22,881 nt of DNA from Promethearchaeota archaeon (GCA_048938855.1 JBHLLT010000027.1:1-22881); one strand, 5' to 3'; positions 7,911-17,974 are shown, counted from the first letter of the stretch. A program made the numbers and translations. Notes: a model not told the origin generated them from the sequence alone.

Positions 7911-9962
7911 ATGAGAAAAAATATAAAATGTATATCGCTTCTGCTTTTAGTATTCATTACAAGTTTTACATTCTTTACAATTCCAATTGCACTGGCTAAT
8001 TCAAATGGACCTATCTTTTTTGAAGAAATGGTTATGATGCGAGACGGTAAGAAATTGTACACAAGAGTTTATCTTCCCGGATCTGGATCTTATCCAGTGA
8101 TTCTTTCTAGAACTCCATATGGTATTGGTGATCCTGGTGTTGGTCCTGATCCTGGGGATCCAACAACATGGCCCAATGAGATATTTAACGGATATGCGCG
8201 GGTTGAACAAGACACAAGAGGGAGATATTATTCTGAGGGCATAGATCGCCTTTTTTATGATGATGGTCCAGATGGATATGATACTATTGATTGGATTGCT
8301 TCACAATCATGGTGTAATGGTAAAATCGGCATGTTTGGAGGTTCAGCAAATGGTATAACTACTTATTTAGCTGCAGGTGAAAATCATCCTAATCTAAAAG
8401 CGGCTATTTCATACGTAGCAAGTGCTGATTTATATAATGATGTAACATTTGATGGTGGAGCTTTTCGTGCTGATTCTATGATATGGACATATGGACAGAC
8501 TGTAAATGGCCTTTCAATGTCACATATGCTCTCAGTTGCGCCTCCATCTGAATGGGCTACCTATCTTACAAATATTGGTGCAAATTTGTATGATTTATAT
8601 ACACATACATCCTTAATTCCAGGTTATCGGGCTATAGATTCAGATATATGGATGAATCTCCCATTACGTGGTGGGGATCCTAGTTATAATATCATGCAAC
8701 CATTTGGGGATGAGATATTGGGACACCCTACACAAGATGCCTTCAGAGACAAGCTGAATGTCCATGATACAATAGATATTCCAATCCTTCACGTAGCGGG
8801 CTGGTTTGACTTTTTTTCTAGAAGCACGATTGATACATTTGTTGATTTACAGCACTTGGGAAACCAGAAATTATTTATTTTACCTGGCACACATGGAAGT
8901 TTAGGAGAAATGCCTTATGAACCTTACTATGATTGGTTTGATTATTGGCTGAAAGACGAGGATACCGGAATAATGGATGAACCATCTGTGTGGTATTATG
9001 GTCTTGGAGATGATGAATGGCGATTTGCTGATCAATGGCCTATAGGAGATATTGATTACACGTATTTTTACATGCATGATGATGGATTACTTAATACTAA
9101 CCCTTCCTCTGAATTTGAAGAATCACTCAGCTATTTATACGACCCAATGAATCCTGTATTAACATGGGGTGGAAGAAATCTTGGTTTACCTGCAGGATCT
9201 TTAGATCAAACTCCAGTAGTTATGGGGAGAGATGATATATTAAGTTATACAACTCAACCCTTAACAGAGGATCTTGAGATTGCGGGGCCAATCAAAGTTT
9301 TTCTTAGTGGATCGTCTAATTGTCTCGATACCGATTTTACAGCTAAATTAATTGATGTATATCCCACTGGAGAACTTATGTTAATCGCTGATGGCATTAT
9401 ACGAGCGAGATATCGAAACTCAATGGCGAATCCTGAATTAATGTCAGGCAATCCTGAGGATATTTATGAATTCACAATTAGTATGGGTGATATTTGTCAA
9501 GTATTCGAAAAAGATCATTCTATTCGAGTAGATATTTCAAGTAGTAATTTTCCTAAGTATGATAGAAATCTTAATAGCGGGGGAGAACTATATACAGAGA
9601 CAGAAGACGCAATTCAAATCGCCGAAAATACAATACACCACAAATCTGATCATCCTTCCTACCTAGTACTTCCGATAGTATCTCCAGAGCCTAAGGTTTT
9701 TGAGGGAGATGCTAAAATTAAATTTCATGGATTGAAATATAAAGGAACCGCTGAACTTCATATATATGAAAAAGCTGTTTATTTACAATTTAATGGTGAG
9801 TGGATTAAATGGGAGATACAATCTCATAGAGAACACAAGAGATTGGAATTCTACCTCTGTAAAGGAGATTATGGTACTTTAGTTGTTTTAAAACACAATA
9901 TGAAATGTAAAACCTATATCCAAGCAATAGGGCGTAAAGTATTTTTTATAGCTAAGAATTAA
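7911..9962 (+). CDS. Secreted CocE/NonD family hydrolase (S15 alpha/beta-hydrolase + PepX_C jelly-roll) with extra C-terminal domain
   Basis: Signal peptide (MRKNIK + hydrophobic core + ALA-N). Motifs MRDGKKLYT, RTPY, QDTRGRYYSEG, DGYDTIDWIASQSWCNGKIG, nucleophile GGSANG, GWFD (Asp), GTHG (His), DTDFTAKLIDVYP, ISSSNFPKYDRN. Confidence 0.93.
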   Translation: MRKNIKCISLLLLVFITSFTFFTIPIALANSNGPIFFEEMVMMRDGKKLYTRVYLPGSGSYPVILSRTPYGIGDPGVGPDPGDPTTWPNEIFNGYARVEQDTRGRYYSEGIDRLFYDDGPDGYDTIDWIASQSWCNGKIGMFGGSANGITTYLAAGENHPNLKAAISYVASADLYNDVTFDGGAFRADSMIWTYGQTVNGLSMSHMLSVAPPSEWATYLTNIGANLYDLYTHTSLIPGYRAIDSDIWMNLPLRGGDPSYNIMQPFGDEILGHPTQDAFRDKLNVHDTIDIPILHVAGWFDFFSRSTIDTFVDLQHLGNQKLFILPGTHGSLGEMPYEPYYDWFDYWLKDEDTGIMDEPSVWYYGLGDDEWRFADQWPIGDIDYTYFYMHDDGLLNTNPSSEFEESLSYLYDPMNPVLTWGGRNLGLPAGSLDQTPVVMGRDDILSYTTQPLTEDLEIAGPIKVFLSGSSNCLDTDFTAKLIDVYPTGELMLIADGIIRARYRNSMANPELMSGNPEDIYEFTISMGDICQVFEKDHSIRVDISSSNFPKYDRNLNSGGELYTETEDAIQIAENTIHHKSDHPSYLVLPIVSPEPKVFEGDAKIKFHGLKYKGTAELHIYEKAVYLQFNGEWIKWEIQSHREHKRLEFYLCKGDYGTLVVLKHNMKCKTYIQAIGRKVFFIAKN

Positions 9963-9984
9963 ATTGAGCTATATACAACTTCTA

Positions 9985-9995
9985 TTTTTTTTTTT
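9985..9995 (+). terminator. Oligo-T (T11) terminator
   Basis: T11 run 22 nt downstream of the cocE-like stop, between convergent genes. Confidence 0.55.
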
Positions 9996-10040
9996 AAATT
10001 TACTATATATAAGTTCAAATCTCAATAGTTAAGTTATTAT

Positions 10041-11537
10041 TTACCTATTTTTATCTAACTTTTTAAGCAAGTTTATGAGGAATTTCCATGTTCTTTCAAC
10101 CGACTTGATCTCTAAACGTTCATCTGGAGAATGGATTCCTTTAGAATTAGCTCCAACGGCAATAGCATCAACTCCTGGAATCTTATCTATTAAAAGTGTA
10201 GCCTCCAAACCACCGTGAATTATTTTCATTCCTGCTTCTTCCTTAAATAGTTCCTGATAAGTGTCTTGGGCGATTTTTAAGAGTTTTGAATTCATATTCG
10301 GTTCCCATGGAGGATAGTTACCCCTATAGGTATTCTCCATTTCCAAACCTGAAAGATCTAACAATTTTAGCACTTGATTATAAATATCATTATTATAATA
10401 TTTACTTAAGCTTCGATGTAGCCATCTAAGTTTGACATGATCATCTCTAGTTCTTATTTTACCTAAATTCGTGGAAGTAAACATTAAGTTTTTATATTTG
10501 GGATGAAAAGCAATAGGCCCATTAGGAAATATATATAGAAGATCCAGCAATTTTTTTTGAACATTTTCAGATATAATTTCATTATTTGTAAAGTTTTCAA
10601 TTTTTTTAAAATCTACAGCCATTCTTTCTTCAAGTCCATTATATTGCTTTTTTATTTCACTAAAAAAATAGAAGATGTCCGTACTTATTTTTTCAATCTG
10701 TTCAGATTTTGCAAAGAATATTGATTTAGCCTCCCTTGGTATAACATTCGCCGCACCGCCTCCATGTATTGAATTGATGTGAATTTCATATTTTTTGTTT
10801 AATTTCCAAAGAATTTGGCTTAAAATTTTTATAGCATGAGCTTGACCTTCATTGCATCTCCCTGAATGTCCTCCTATTAACCCAAAAATGGAAATCTCTA
10901 TTGGTTGTAGTTTTGATTGGTCTTTATCAATGAAATTGGACATTTTCTTTATTCTAGTGTGAAAGCCTATTCCTCCAGTGCATCCAATAGTAATTGATTT
11001 ATCTCCTGAATCAAGGTTTATTAAATAATTCCCTTTAACTAGGTTAGGATCAATGTTTTTAGCACCCCCCATATCATACTCTTCACGAATAGTAAATAAT
11101 AAATCTAGCCCTAAAGTATTAAAATTTATTTCATCTTCATTAATTTTCTTCATTAAAGTCAATAAAAAACATATCCCTGTTCCATTATCAGCACCCAATG
11201 TTGTTCCTTCAGCTGTAACCCATTTTTCATCATTGATTTCTATAATTTTTAGTTTAAGTGGATCTGTTAAAAAATCATGAATAACTCCTTCATTTTTTTC
11301 ACAAACCATGTCCATATGGCATTGTAATATACAATTTGATTTTTGATTCACAACGGGAATTTTTACAGCAATATTCCCTATTTCATCAATCTGAACTTTG
11401 AAACCATATTTTTCTGCTTCACGCTTAATATAATTTCTTATTTTATCTTCGAATTTTGACTTACGGGGAATTCTTGAGATTTCATAAAAATAGGTCCAAA
11501 AATCTGTTGGTTTGCCTAAATCCTTTAAATCAAACAT
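10041..11537 (-). CDS. pepD: Aminoacyl-histidine dipeptidase (peptidase M20C, PepD/carnosinase-like)
   Basis: EISRIPRKS, LQCHMDMVCEK, GTTLGADNG, EE, NLDS, GGHSG, NVIPRE, STNLG, YPPWEPN, HGGLE, HSPDERL. Confidence 0.9.
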   Translation of the reverse strand: MFDLKDLGKPTDFWTYFYEISRIPRKSKFEDKIRNYIKREAEKYGFKVQIDEIGNIAVKIPVVNQKSNCILQCHMDMVCEKNEGVIHDFLTDPLKLKIIEINDEKWVTAEGTTLGADNGTGICFLLTLMKKINEDEINFNTLGLDLLFTIREEYDMGGAKNIDPNLVKGNYLINLDSGDKSITIGCTGGIGFHTRIKKMSNFIDKDQSKLQPIEISIFGLIGGHSGRCNEGQAHAIKILSQILWKLNKKYEIHINSIHGGGAANVIPREAKSIFFAKSEQIEKISTDIFYFFSEIKKQYNGLEERMAVDFKKIENFTNNEIISENVQKKLLDLLYIFPNGPIAFHPKYKNLMFTSTNLGKIRTRDDHVKLRWLHRSLSKYYNNDIYNQVLKLLDLSGLEMENTYRGNYPPWEPNMNSKLLKIAQDTYQELFKEEAGMKIIHGGLEATLLIDKIPGVDAIAVGANSKGIHSPDERLEIKSVERTWKFLINLLKKLDKNR

Positions 11538-11650
11538 TGGAATTACCTGAGGTTATGAAGATTAATATTTAATTAAAACAATGGATAAATAATCACTAGT
11601 TATAATTAATTTTTAATATATTTAAGAATAAACTTCAATAGGTTTTAATT

Positions 11651-11920
11651 ATGTCTCCTGTTGGTTTTCGAATTGTTGGAACTATAAAGGAAATAAAGGG
11701 AAAATGTAATGCAGGTCATAAAGTAGGAGATACTTTTGAGCTTGATGGGCTAGACTCAGGAGGATTATGTGGTTTTTTTTATCATGATATCTTTCCTTAC
11801 CTAACTACGCTTCAATTTGGGGGATCTTTTCCTTGGAATGAAAATCCCGATATAGCGGAATATGAATGTCCAGATAGAACTAACGCTGTGAAAATTGAGT
11901 TAAAAAGGATAAGAGAGTAG
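11651..11920 (+). CDS. TIGR04076 family small Cys-containing protein
   Basis: GKCNAGHKVGDTF...LCGFFYHDIFP...FPW...CPD pattern; 89 aa; divergent from pepD. Confidence 0.8.
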   Translation: MSPVGFRIVGTIKEIKGKCNAGHKVGDTFELDGLDSGGLCGFFYHDIFPYLTTLQFGGSFPWNENPDIAEYECPDRTNAVKIELKRIRE

Positions 11921-11952
11921 TAGAAATAACCATCAACAATTTAAGAATAGGG

Positions 11953-12792
11953 TTATAATCTTCCAAGAAACATTGCCACAACGAATAAAGATCCCAATAT
12001 TGCTAAAGATAATATATTTGAAATTCGTGCAATTTTTGGTGTTGGGTGAAAGATAAACAGAAGAGTTAAAGGAAATCCAACGGTAATAATACCGATCATG
12101 CAGATCAAGTACCCAATACCCAGTAAGCCTATTAAGTAAATAATAATTCCAATTACATAAGCAATAAATTCATTTACTAAAAGGAAAATTCCACCCCATT
12201 TTATTCCATACTTTTTTGGTATAGTTTTAGTGTTAGTTTTTTCATCGTATTGGAGATCTCTTGTATCTCCTAATACTCTTGCTCCAGTCATAGCAAAAAA
12301 CAGAAATAATGCTAAGAATATTACACTTAAATTAAAATTAAAAGCAAAAAGAGCACCAATTAAAACATAAAAAGCTTGAAGTGCCCCTAAACTAAATGCA
12401 CGTAAGAGAGCGGTGTCAAGTATCCCGTGAACAAGTCCACCTATAACACCTATTAGACACACAAGGGGTATAAGAGCCCAGAGATTAACTATGATACAAA
12501 TAATAATGCTTATTGTAAAGCATAATACAAAGAATATAATTCCTCCGCGAGGGGATAACGTACCTCTTGCAATGGGATTTTTCAAATTTCCTGAAGCACG
12601 ATCTTTCTTGTAATCTCCTAAGTAGTCAAAAAAGAAACCTCCCGCTGATAAAGTCGCACCAACTAAACCGGCAAGAAAAATATTTAATAGAAGTCCCCCG
12701 AGTCCATATGTAACAGAGCTTGTTATCATAATAAACATGAGGATCCTACCTAAGCGCCAATCTCCAAAAATAAGCTGCATTTTAGAGGACAT
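11953..12792 (-). CDS. UbiA-family prenyltransferase (DGGGP synthase-like), polytopic membrane protein
   Basis: Asp-rich motifs DYLGDYKKD...NPIARG and GDTRDLQYD...KTIPKKYG, with about 8-9 hydrophobic helices. Start is ATG12792 or TTG12801. Confidence 0.85.
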   Translation of the reverse strand: MSSKMQLIFGDWRLGRILMFIMITSSVTYGLGGLLLNIFLAGLVGATLSAGGFFFDYLGDYKKDRASGNLKNPIARGTLSPRGGIIFFVLCFTISIIICIIVNLWALIPLVCLIGVIGGLVHGILDTALLRAFSLGALQAFYVLIGALFAFNFNLSVIFLALFLFFAMTGARVLGDTRDLQYDEKTNTKTIPKKYGIKWGGIFLLVNEFIAYVIGIIIYLIGLLGIGYLICMIGIITVGFPLTLLFIFHPTPKIARISNILSLAILGSLFVVAMFLGRL

Positions 12793-12941
12793 TATTGTCA
12801 ATTCAAATTAAAAAGTTAATCAAAAACTATTAAGCGATAATTATACATTATTTTTAATATTATTTATCGATCTTGCTTATACATAATTTAAAATAAAAGA
12901 ATTAGCATATTATTGTAAAAGAAAAGCTCTTATGTGTGAAG

Positions 12942-13892
12942 ATGATGGTAAAACATTCAATTAATAAAAATAAAGTTTTCCTTTTAACACTATTTTTCAT
13001 CGCTTCTATAATGGGGATGTCAATAAAACTGCATACAAGTTCAATGAACCGAGATTTATCCCAAATTAACGTAAGTGCAGGTTTAACCAGGTATAAAGTT
13101 ACTCTAGGTTATCCTTATAATTGGATAAATGCTTCTAGTGGCACTGAATTGGTATTAGGGGATGATAATTCAGCTTCAACTTCATTACCTTTCAATTTTA
13201 CGTTTTATGATGGTATTTTTGAAGAAATTTATATTGTTACTGAGGGTTATCTAACTTTTTCATCTAAATTTGTATCACACACTGGTGAAATACCTTCAAG
13301 TCATCCACACTATCAAAATATAATTGCACCCTACTGGACTAATCTAGATGGTACATCTGGAAATATTTATATTAAAAATTTTACTTCATACTGGGTAGTC
13401 GCATGGGAAAATTTTAACCATGATAACGGTTCATTTGCAGGTTCTTTTGAAGCTGTTTTATACAATGATGGAGATATTGTCTTTAATTATGATGGATTGC
13501 ATAATGTAAGTACGTATGCATGTGGATTAAATTATGGAGATGGAAATAATTATAGTTCTTATAATGAACTGGTTTCAGGTGTTAATGATTTTTCGATAAA
13601 ATTTAGCCTTACTATTGGTGGTGGTAATGGCGGTATTGATGGGAATATTATAAACATAATTGTTGGTGTGGTTGTAACTCTAGGTATCGTTGGTACAGCA
13701 GGTGGTATCACTCTATATTACTATAAAAAAAATCCAGAACAGTTTAAAGCAAAATTAAGTCGAGGGAAAGAAAAAATAAAAGAAAGTACCTCAAAATTGA
13801 AACAAAAAGTGAAAAACGGATTAGAAAAATCAAAAGAAGAAGTAAAGAAAAGGAAAGATAGAATAAAACAGAAGACTCCAAAAAAAGAATAA
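12942..13892 (+). CDS. Membrane-anchored surface protein with nidogen(NIDO)-like extracellular domain, C-terminal TM and Lys-rich tail
   Basis: N-terminal signal/TM, then GDD...LPFNFTFYD...GYLTF...IIAPYWTNLD...VVAW...FEAVLY...GDIVFNY, a GGGNGG linker, a TM helix and a basic helical tail. Start could be 12936, 12942 or 12945. Confidence 0.65.
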   Translation: MMVKHSINKNKVFLLTLFFIASIMGMSIKLHTSSMNRDLSQINVSAGLTRYKVTLGYPYNWINASSGTELVLGDDNSASTSLPFNFTFYDGIFEEIYIVTEGYLTFSSKFVSHTGEIPSSHPHYQNIIAPYWTNLDGTSGNIYIKNFTSYWVVAWENFNHDNGSFAGSFEAVLYNDGDIVFNYDGLHNVSTYACGLNYGDGNNYSSYNELVSGVNDFSIKFSLTIGGGNGGIDGNIINIIVGVVVTLGIVGTAGGITLYYYKKNPEQFKAKLSRGKEKIKESTSKLKQKVKNGLEKSKEEVKKRKDRIKQKTPKKE

Positions 13893-14101
13893 GATAGCCT
13901 GAATTAGGAAGAGAACTTGTCTCTTTCAACCTTTTTCGCCTTATCACAAATTTTATTTCCCCCATTAAAAACTTCTTTTTCTTCCTTAAATTTTTGCCTT
14001 TTACACTGAATTTTTTTTATTTATTATATAGAATAAAAAAGAGTTAAATAAAAAAATATAATTCTTATCATGCAAAACAAATTTATTTTTGAGTGGATAT
14101 T

Positions 14102-14452
14102 ATGGGAAAACTTAGAAGGAAATCAATTCTTTTAGGAATAAGTATAACAATAATCATCATTTCTGGATTATTTACCATTCTAAGCTCATTTCAAATAATT
14201 GCTCAACAGTCTATCATAGAAGAGCAGAAAACTATCATTGATGAAAATAGACAGTGGGCAGAAAAAATTACATTTTGGGAAGTGACTGGAGGATTAGGTG
14301 AAGAAATCATCGAAGGCGAGAAGTTATATTACGAAGCTTTAGCTAAATACTCCGCAGCAGTACAAGCACAAAATTTAGCAATTTTTGCAATAATACTTTT
14401 CAGCATAATTATTTTAATTACAATAGGCAATTTAATTATCAAAATACCTTAG
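14102..14452 (+). CDS. Hypothetical two-TM membrane protein with helical loop
   Basis: Two hydrophobic segments flanking a Q/E-rich helical stretch. Start ATG14102 (or GTG14093). Confidence 0.65.
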   Translation: MGKLRRKSILLGISITIIIISGLFTILSSFQIIAQQSIIEEQKTIIDENRQWAEKITFWEVTGGLGEEIIEGEKLYYEALAKYSAAVQAQNLAIFAIILFSIIILITIGNLIIKIP

Positions 14453-14604
14453 AATAACCGTGGAAATCTTTGGTTTGTTTTATTGTTTCTTACTTTTTTT
14501 ATCAATTAACTTATTTTGACTAATAAAATGATTCCCAAAAATTAATATATAGCAATCTTGATTATTCTCTTCTATTAATTTTAAAGCAAATCTAAAACAT
14601 ACAA

Positions 14605-15468
14605 ATGAAACCTAATTTTCTAAAAGATAATAAGAAAATTTTAATAATTATCGCACTCCTTGTTATTTTTCCATCAGTTGTAGGTATCCTTTTTGCTGTA
14701 AATCTCTTTTTTGTTAGTAATTTACATCCTCCAATAATAATTGAGTCAAATGTAGATTTTATTTCTTATGAGTTTCCTGGATATGGAACAATAGAAAATC
14801 CATATATCATAGAAAATTTCAGAATTGGTGCAACGGGTAGTAACTCTGTTGGAATTAGTATCTCGAATACAAATGCTTATTTCATAATAAAAAACTGTTT
14901 TGTATATACGGGTTATATTGGGATAAGTCTTATGGAGGTTTCCACGAGTACTGCTTGGATTATCAATAATACATGCATTTCTAGGACGGGAGATGGTGAT
15001 GGAATTAATTTAAGTAATACAATAAATTGTACTATATTAGGTAATACCTGTACAAATTTTATGCAGGGTATTCATACAAACTATGTTTCTTACTGTTTGA
15101 TAAAATTGAATACAATCGAAAACAATAATTACCAAGGAATAAATATTCGATATTCCAGCCACAATATAATAATCAATAATACTATAAAAATGAATCCCCA
15201 ACATGGAATTCCGCTTGTTGGAAATGCTAATTGGAATATCATACATCATAATATCCTAATTGATAATGCTTATGTGGAAAACTATGATGTTGATAGTAGG
15301 TTAACAGGTTCAATAAATAGTCAAGCATTTGATGAAGGTAATAAAAATTTTTGGTATGATGATGTAAAAAAACAAGGGAATTATTAGTCAGATTACCTAG
15401 GAATTGGAAATTATTCAATAGATGGCCCCGCAGGTACAGAGGATATTTATCCAAGCAATTTTACTTAA
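14605..15468 (+). pseudogene. NosD-like right-handed parallel beta-helix (CASH) protein interrupted by in-frame TAG at 15385-15387
   Basis: N-terminal TM, PGYGTIENPYIIEN, repeated GI.L..S..N.I.NN turns. The frame continues past TAG as GNY*SDYLGIGNYSIDGPAGTEDIYP to TAA 15468, matching the family end motif GNYWSDY...D.YP. Confidence 0.75.
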
Positions 15469-15661
15469 ATTTGATACTGAGTAGTACAAACATAATAATC
15501 ACTTCTCTCGCAATAACAATAGAAATAATAAAGAAAGAAAAACATCTTGAATCGACGAAAGTTATTAATTAGAGCCAGTTTACCAAGTTTTAATTCAAAA
15601 GATAAAGTTTTTCTGAAGATTTGTTATTATATCCAATAATTTTGTTATAATAGATCAAATA

Positions 15662-15669
15662 TTTATAAA
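15662..15669 (+). promoter_or_regulatory. Candidate TATA box TTTATAAA
   Basis: Canonical archaeal TATA-like octamer about 52 nt upstream of ATG15721. Confidence 0.35.
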
Positions 15670-15720
15670 GAAGTATTTCATATCTAATTATTAATCTTTA
15701 AAAACTGAATAACATCCTAT

Positions 15721-16548
15721 ATGAAAACCAATTACACATATCAAATTAAGATTATTCTTTTAGTATTCTTATTTTTAATAGTAATTTTCTTAGTTTCAAT
15801 GATTTTTCCAGATACATCCTATTCTTTACGAACTGCATTTTTTGGAGCACGAGAGGAACTTACCATACTTATATCAGGAATTTTAGGTATATGTTTAATA
15901 TTAACATCTTTTATCTTAATGGTGTTTTTAAAAGTGCGCTTTGCTAGTTTAATCGGGATTCTAGGGTGTCTTTTTATTGGAATAAATCTCTGTACCTTTC
16001 TTTTTGTTATATGGTTTATGCCATATATTCCATCTCTAGGTTTTTATTTAAATTATTTTACTTGGATTGGATTCTGCATCATTACATTATTCTTATTCAA
16101 ATACAAAGGAGAAATTATTAACGCATATAACTTCTCATTTAGGAAGAACGAACTATATCTGCAATATTCGAAATTATTTCCGAAAATAAATTATACATAT
16201 TTTATTTTTGTAGTACTATTTTTAATTTCAATTATAATACCTTTTATGCACCTATTTGATTATAGTCCTCCAAGTGGATATCCTGGAGTCCAAGCCTTAA
16301 CAATTGGAGGGATTGAAGGAATACCCTTAATTATTATTTCAATCATTTACTTAGATACCTTAAAAATTCGAAAAGCGATAATTTATGGTCTTTTAGGCAG
16401 TGGAATCATTAGTATAAATTTCTTTTTAGTCATCCCAACATTTGGGGGTTTATTTATTCCTTCTATTGGTTTCTATCTAAGTTTTATTTCTTGGTTAGGG
16501 TTTCTTATCATAAATTTTTTCTTATTAAAATTTAAGAAAGCCAATTAG
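15721..16548 (+). CDS. Hypothetical integral membrane protein with internal tandem duplication (about 2 x 4 TM)
   Basis: Highly hydrophobic. The two halves align (LKVRFASLIGILG/LKIRKAIIYGLLG; IPSLGFYL/IPSIGFYL, 143 codons apart). Confidence 0.75.
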   Translation: MKTNYTYQIKIILLVFLFLIVIFLVSMIFPDTSYSLRTAFFGAREELTILISGILGICLILTSFILMVFLKVRFASLIGILGCLFIGINLCTFLFVIWFMPYIPSLGFYLNYFTWIGFCIITLFLFKYKGEIINAYNFSFRKNELYLQYSKLFPKINYTYFIFVVLFLISIIIPFMHLFDYSPPSGYPGVQALTIGGIEGIPLIIISIIYLDTLKIRKAIIYGLLGSGIISINFFLVIPTFGGLFIPSIGFYLSFISWLGFLIINFFLLKFKKAN

Positions 16549-16768
16549 ATAATGTTTTAATTTTGAAATTTATTATTATAACTTTATTTTAAACTATGAA
16601 ATTATGATTTTTATTAATTAAAATAAAGATTTTTAATAATAGAATTCATACTTTTGATAATTTGTTTATAATGGGTAATTTTTTATTGTTTGCTTTGTTA
16701 TTTAAACAAAAGTTTATTGAATTAAATGCTAAAGATATTAATTTGAAATTTAAAGAGTCTTTATACAC

Positions 16769-17959
16769 ATGATTCTCTCATTTCCAAACATGGGTCCTAA
16801 TTGGGTAGCATTTAAAACATTGTTCGAACAGTTAGATCCATCAATAAAGGTTGTGATTCCAGACCCAACAAACAGAGAAGCAATCAAAGTTGGAGTAAAA
16901 TACAGTCCAGAATTCGTTTGTTTCCCATTTAAAGCAACCTTAGGAGATTTTGTTAATGCTATCAAAAAGGGTGCAGATACTTTAGTTATGGCTATCGATT
17001 GCGGGCCCTGTCGATTTGGCTTTTACCATGCAGTCCAAGAACGCCTTTTACACGATATGGGTTATAAAAATGTGAGAGTTATTCCGTTAGATCAAGCAGA
17101 TTTATTAGAATTCCACTGGGTTAAGACTCTGCAAGAAATTAGTGGTATGAGTGGCCTTTTATCTTATCCAAGATTCGTTAAAGCGGTGATTTTTTTCATG
17201 AAAAAAGCGAAACTTCTTCAAGACATCCAGACGGCTGAAGGTTTGTTCCGAGCATATGAACGAAATCAAGGGGATACGACTGATGTGTTAAACAGTGTCC
17301 TTAATAAACTAGATCAAGCCAATACGCTTAAAGAACTCAGAAACTTTAAACAAGTAATTAAAGAAGATTTTAATAATATTGATGTAGACAAGTCCAGGAC
17401 ACCATTACGAGTAGCCATATTTGGAGAAATCCATATAAGTATGGAACCATATGTAAATGTCGATATTAGACGTAAATTTGGAGAAATGGGTGTTGAAGTA
17501 CATCAAAACTTGAGTTTATGGGATTGGGTTTCACATAAATTTCATTTAAATTTTAATAGAAAATGGTTAGAGCATTTATCCCATCCATATGTTCCCATGG
17601 ATATTGGAGGCGAATGCCAATGGGTTTTAGGTGAGTATATAGATAGAGCTCAAAGTGGTTTTGATGGAGCCACCCATGTTTACCCCTTCACCTGTATGCC
17701 CGAAGTGACGGCTAGAACGATTATAACGAATAAACTTAAGAGAATCTATGATCTTCCTATAATATTCTTCTCTTTTGATGAGCATTCAGGGGTAGAAGGT
17801 ATGCGTACGCGTCTAGAAGCATTTTATGATTTGATGGAATCAAGACGTAAGCATAAATTAGAAATCGAAAATGTATCGCTTCAAGATCATAAAAAGAATT
17901 TTTACAAATCGAATGGATCACTTTTTTTTCAAGAATGTTTGCAATTAATACAGACTTAA
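16769..17959 (+). CDS. 2-hydroxyacyl-CoA dehydratase-like / PlsR-like reductase subunit (COG3581-type)
   Basis: SFPNMG, SPEFVCFPFK, CGPCRFGFY, GEIH, YPFTCMPE, SFDEHSGVEGMRTRLEAF; first gene of a tight 4-gene run. Confidence 0.87.
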   Translation: MILSFPNMGPNWVAFKTLFEQLDPSIKVVIPDPTNREAIKVGVKYSPEFVCFPFKATLGDFVNAIKKGADTLVMAIDCGPCRFGFYHAVQERLLHDMGYKNVRVIPLDQADLLEFHWVKTLQEISGMSGLLSYPRFVKAVIFFMKKAKLLQDIQTAEGLFRAYERNQGDTTDVLNSVLNKLDQANTLKELRNFKQVIKEDFNNIDVDKSRTPLRVAIFGEIHISMEPYVNVDIRRKFGEMGVEVHQNLSLWDWVSHKFHLNFNRKWLEHLSHPYVPMDIGGECQWVLGEYIDRAQSGFDGATHVYPFTCMPEVTARTIITNKLKRIYDLPIIFFSFDEHSGVEGMRTRLEAFYDLMESRRKHKLEIENVSLQDHKKNFYKSNGSLFFQECLQLIQT

Positions 17960-17974
17960 TAATGGTGAATTAAA

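Noticed and set aside
8337-8354. GGSANG instead of GxSYxG as a sign of an inactive CocE
   Set aside because: Ser, Asp, His and the RTPY tyrosine are all present, and the residue after Ser contributes to the oxyanion hole through its backbone amide.
7841-11280. ORFs 7841-8062(-), 8001-8210(-), 9254-9451(-), 11053-11280(+)
   Set aside because: Antisense shadows of the CocE-like and PepD-like genes.
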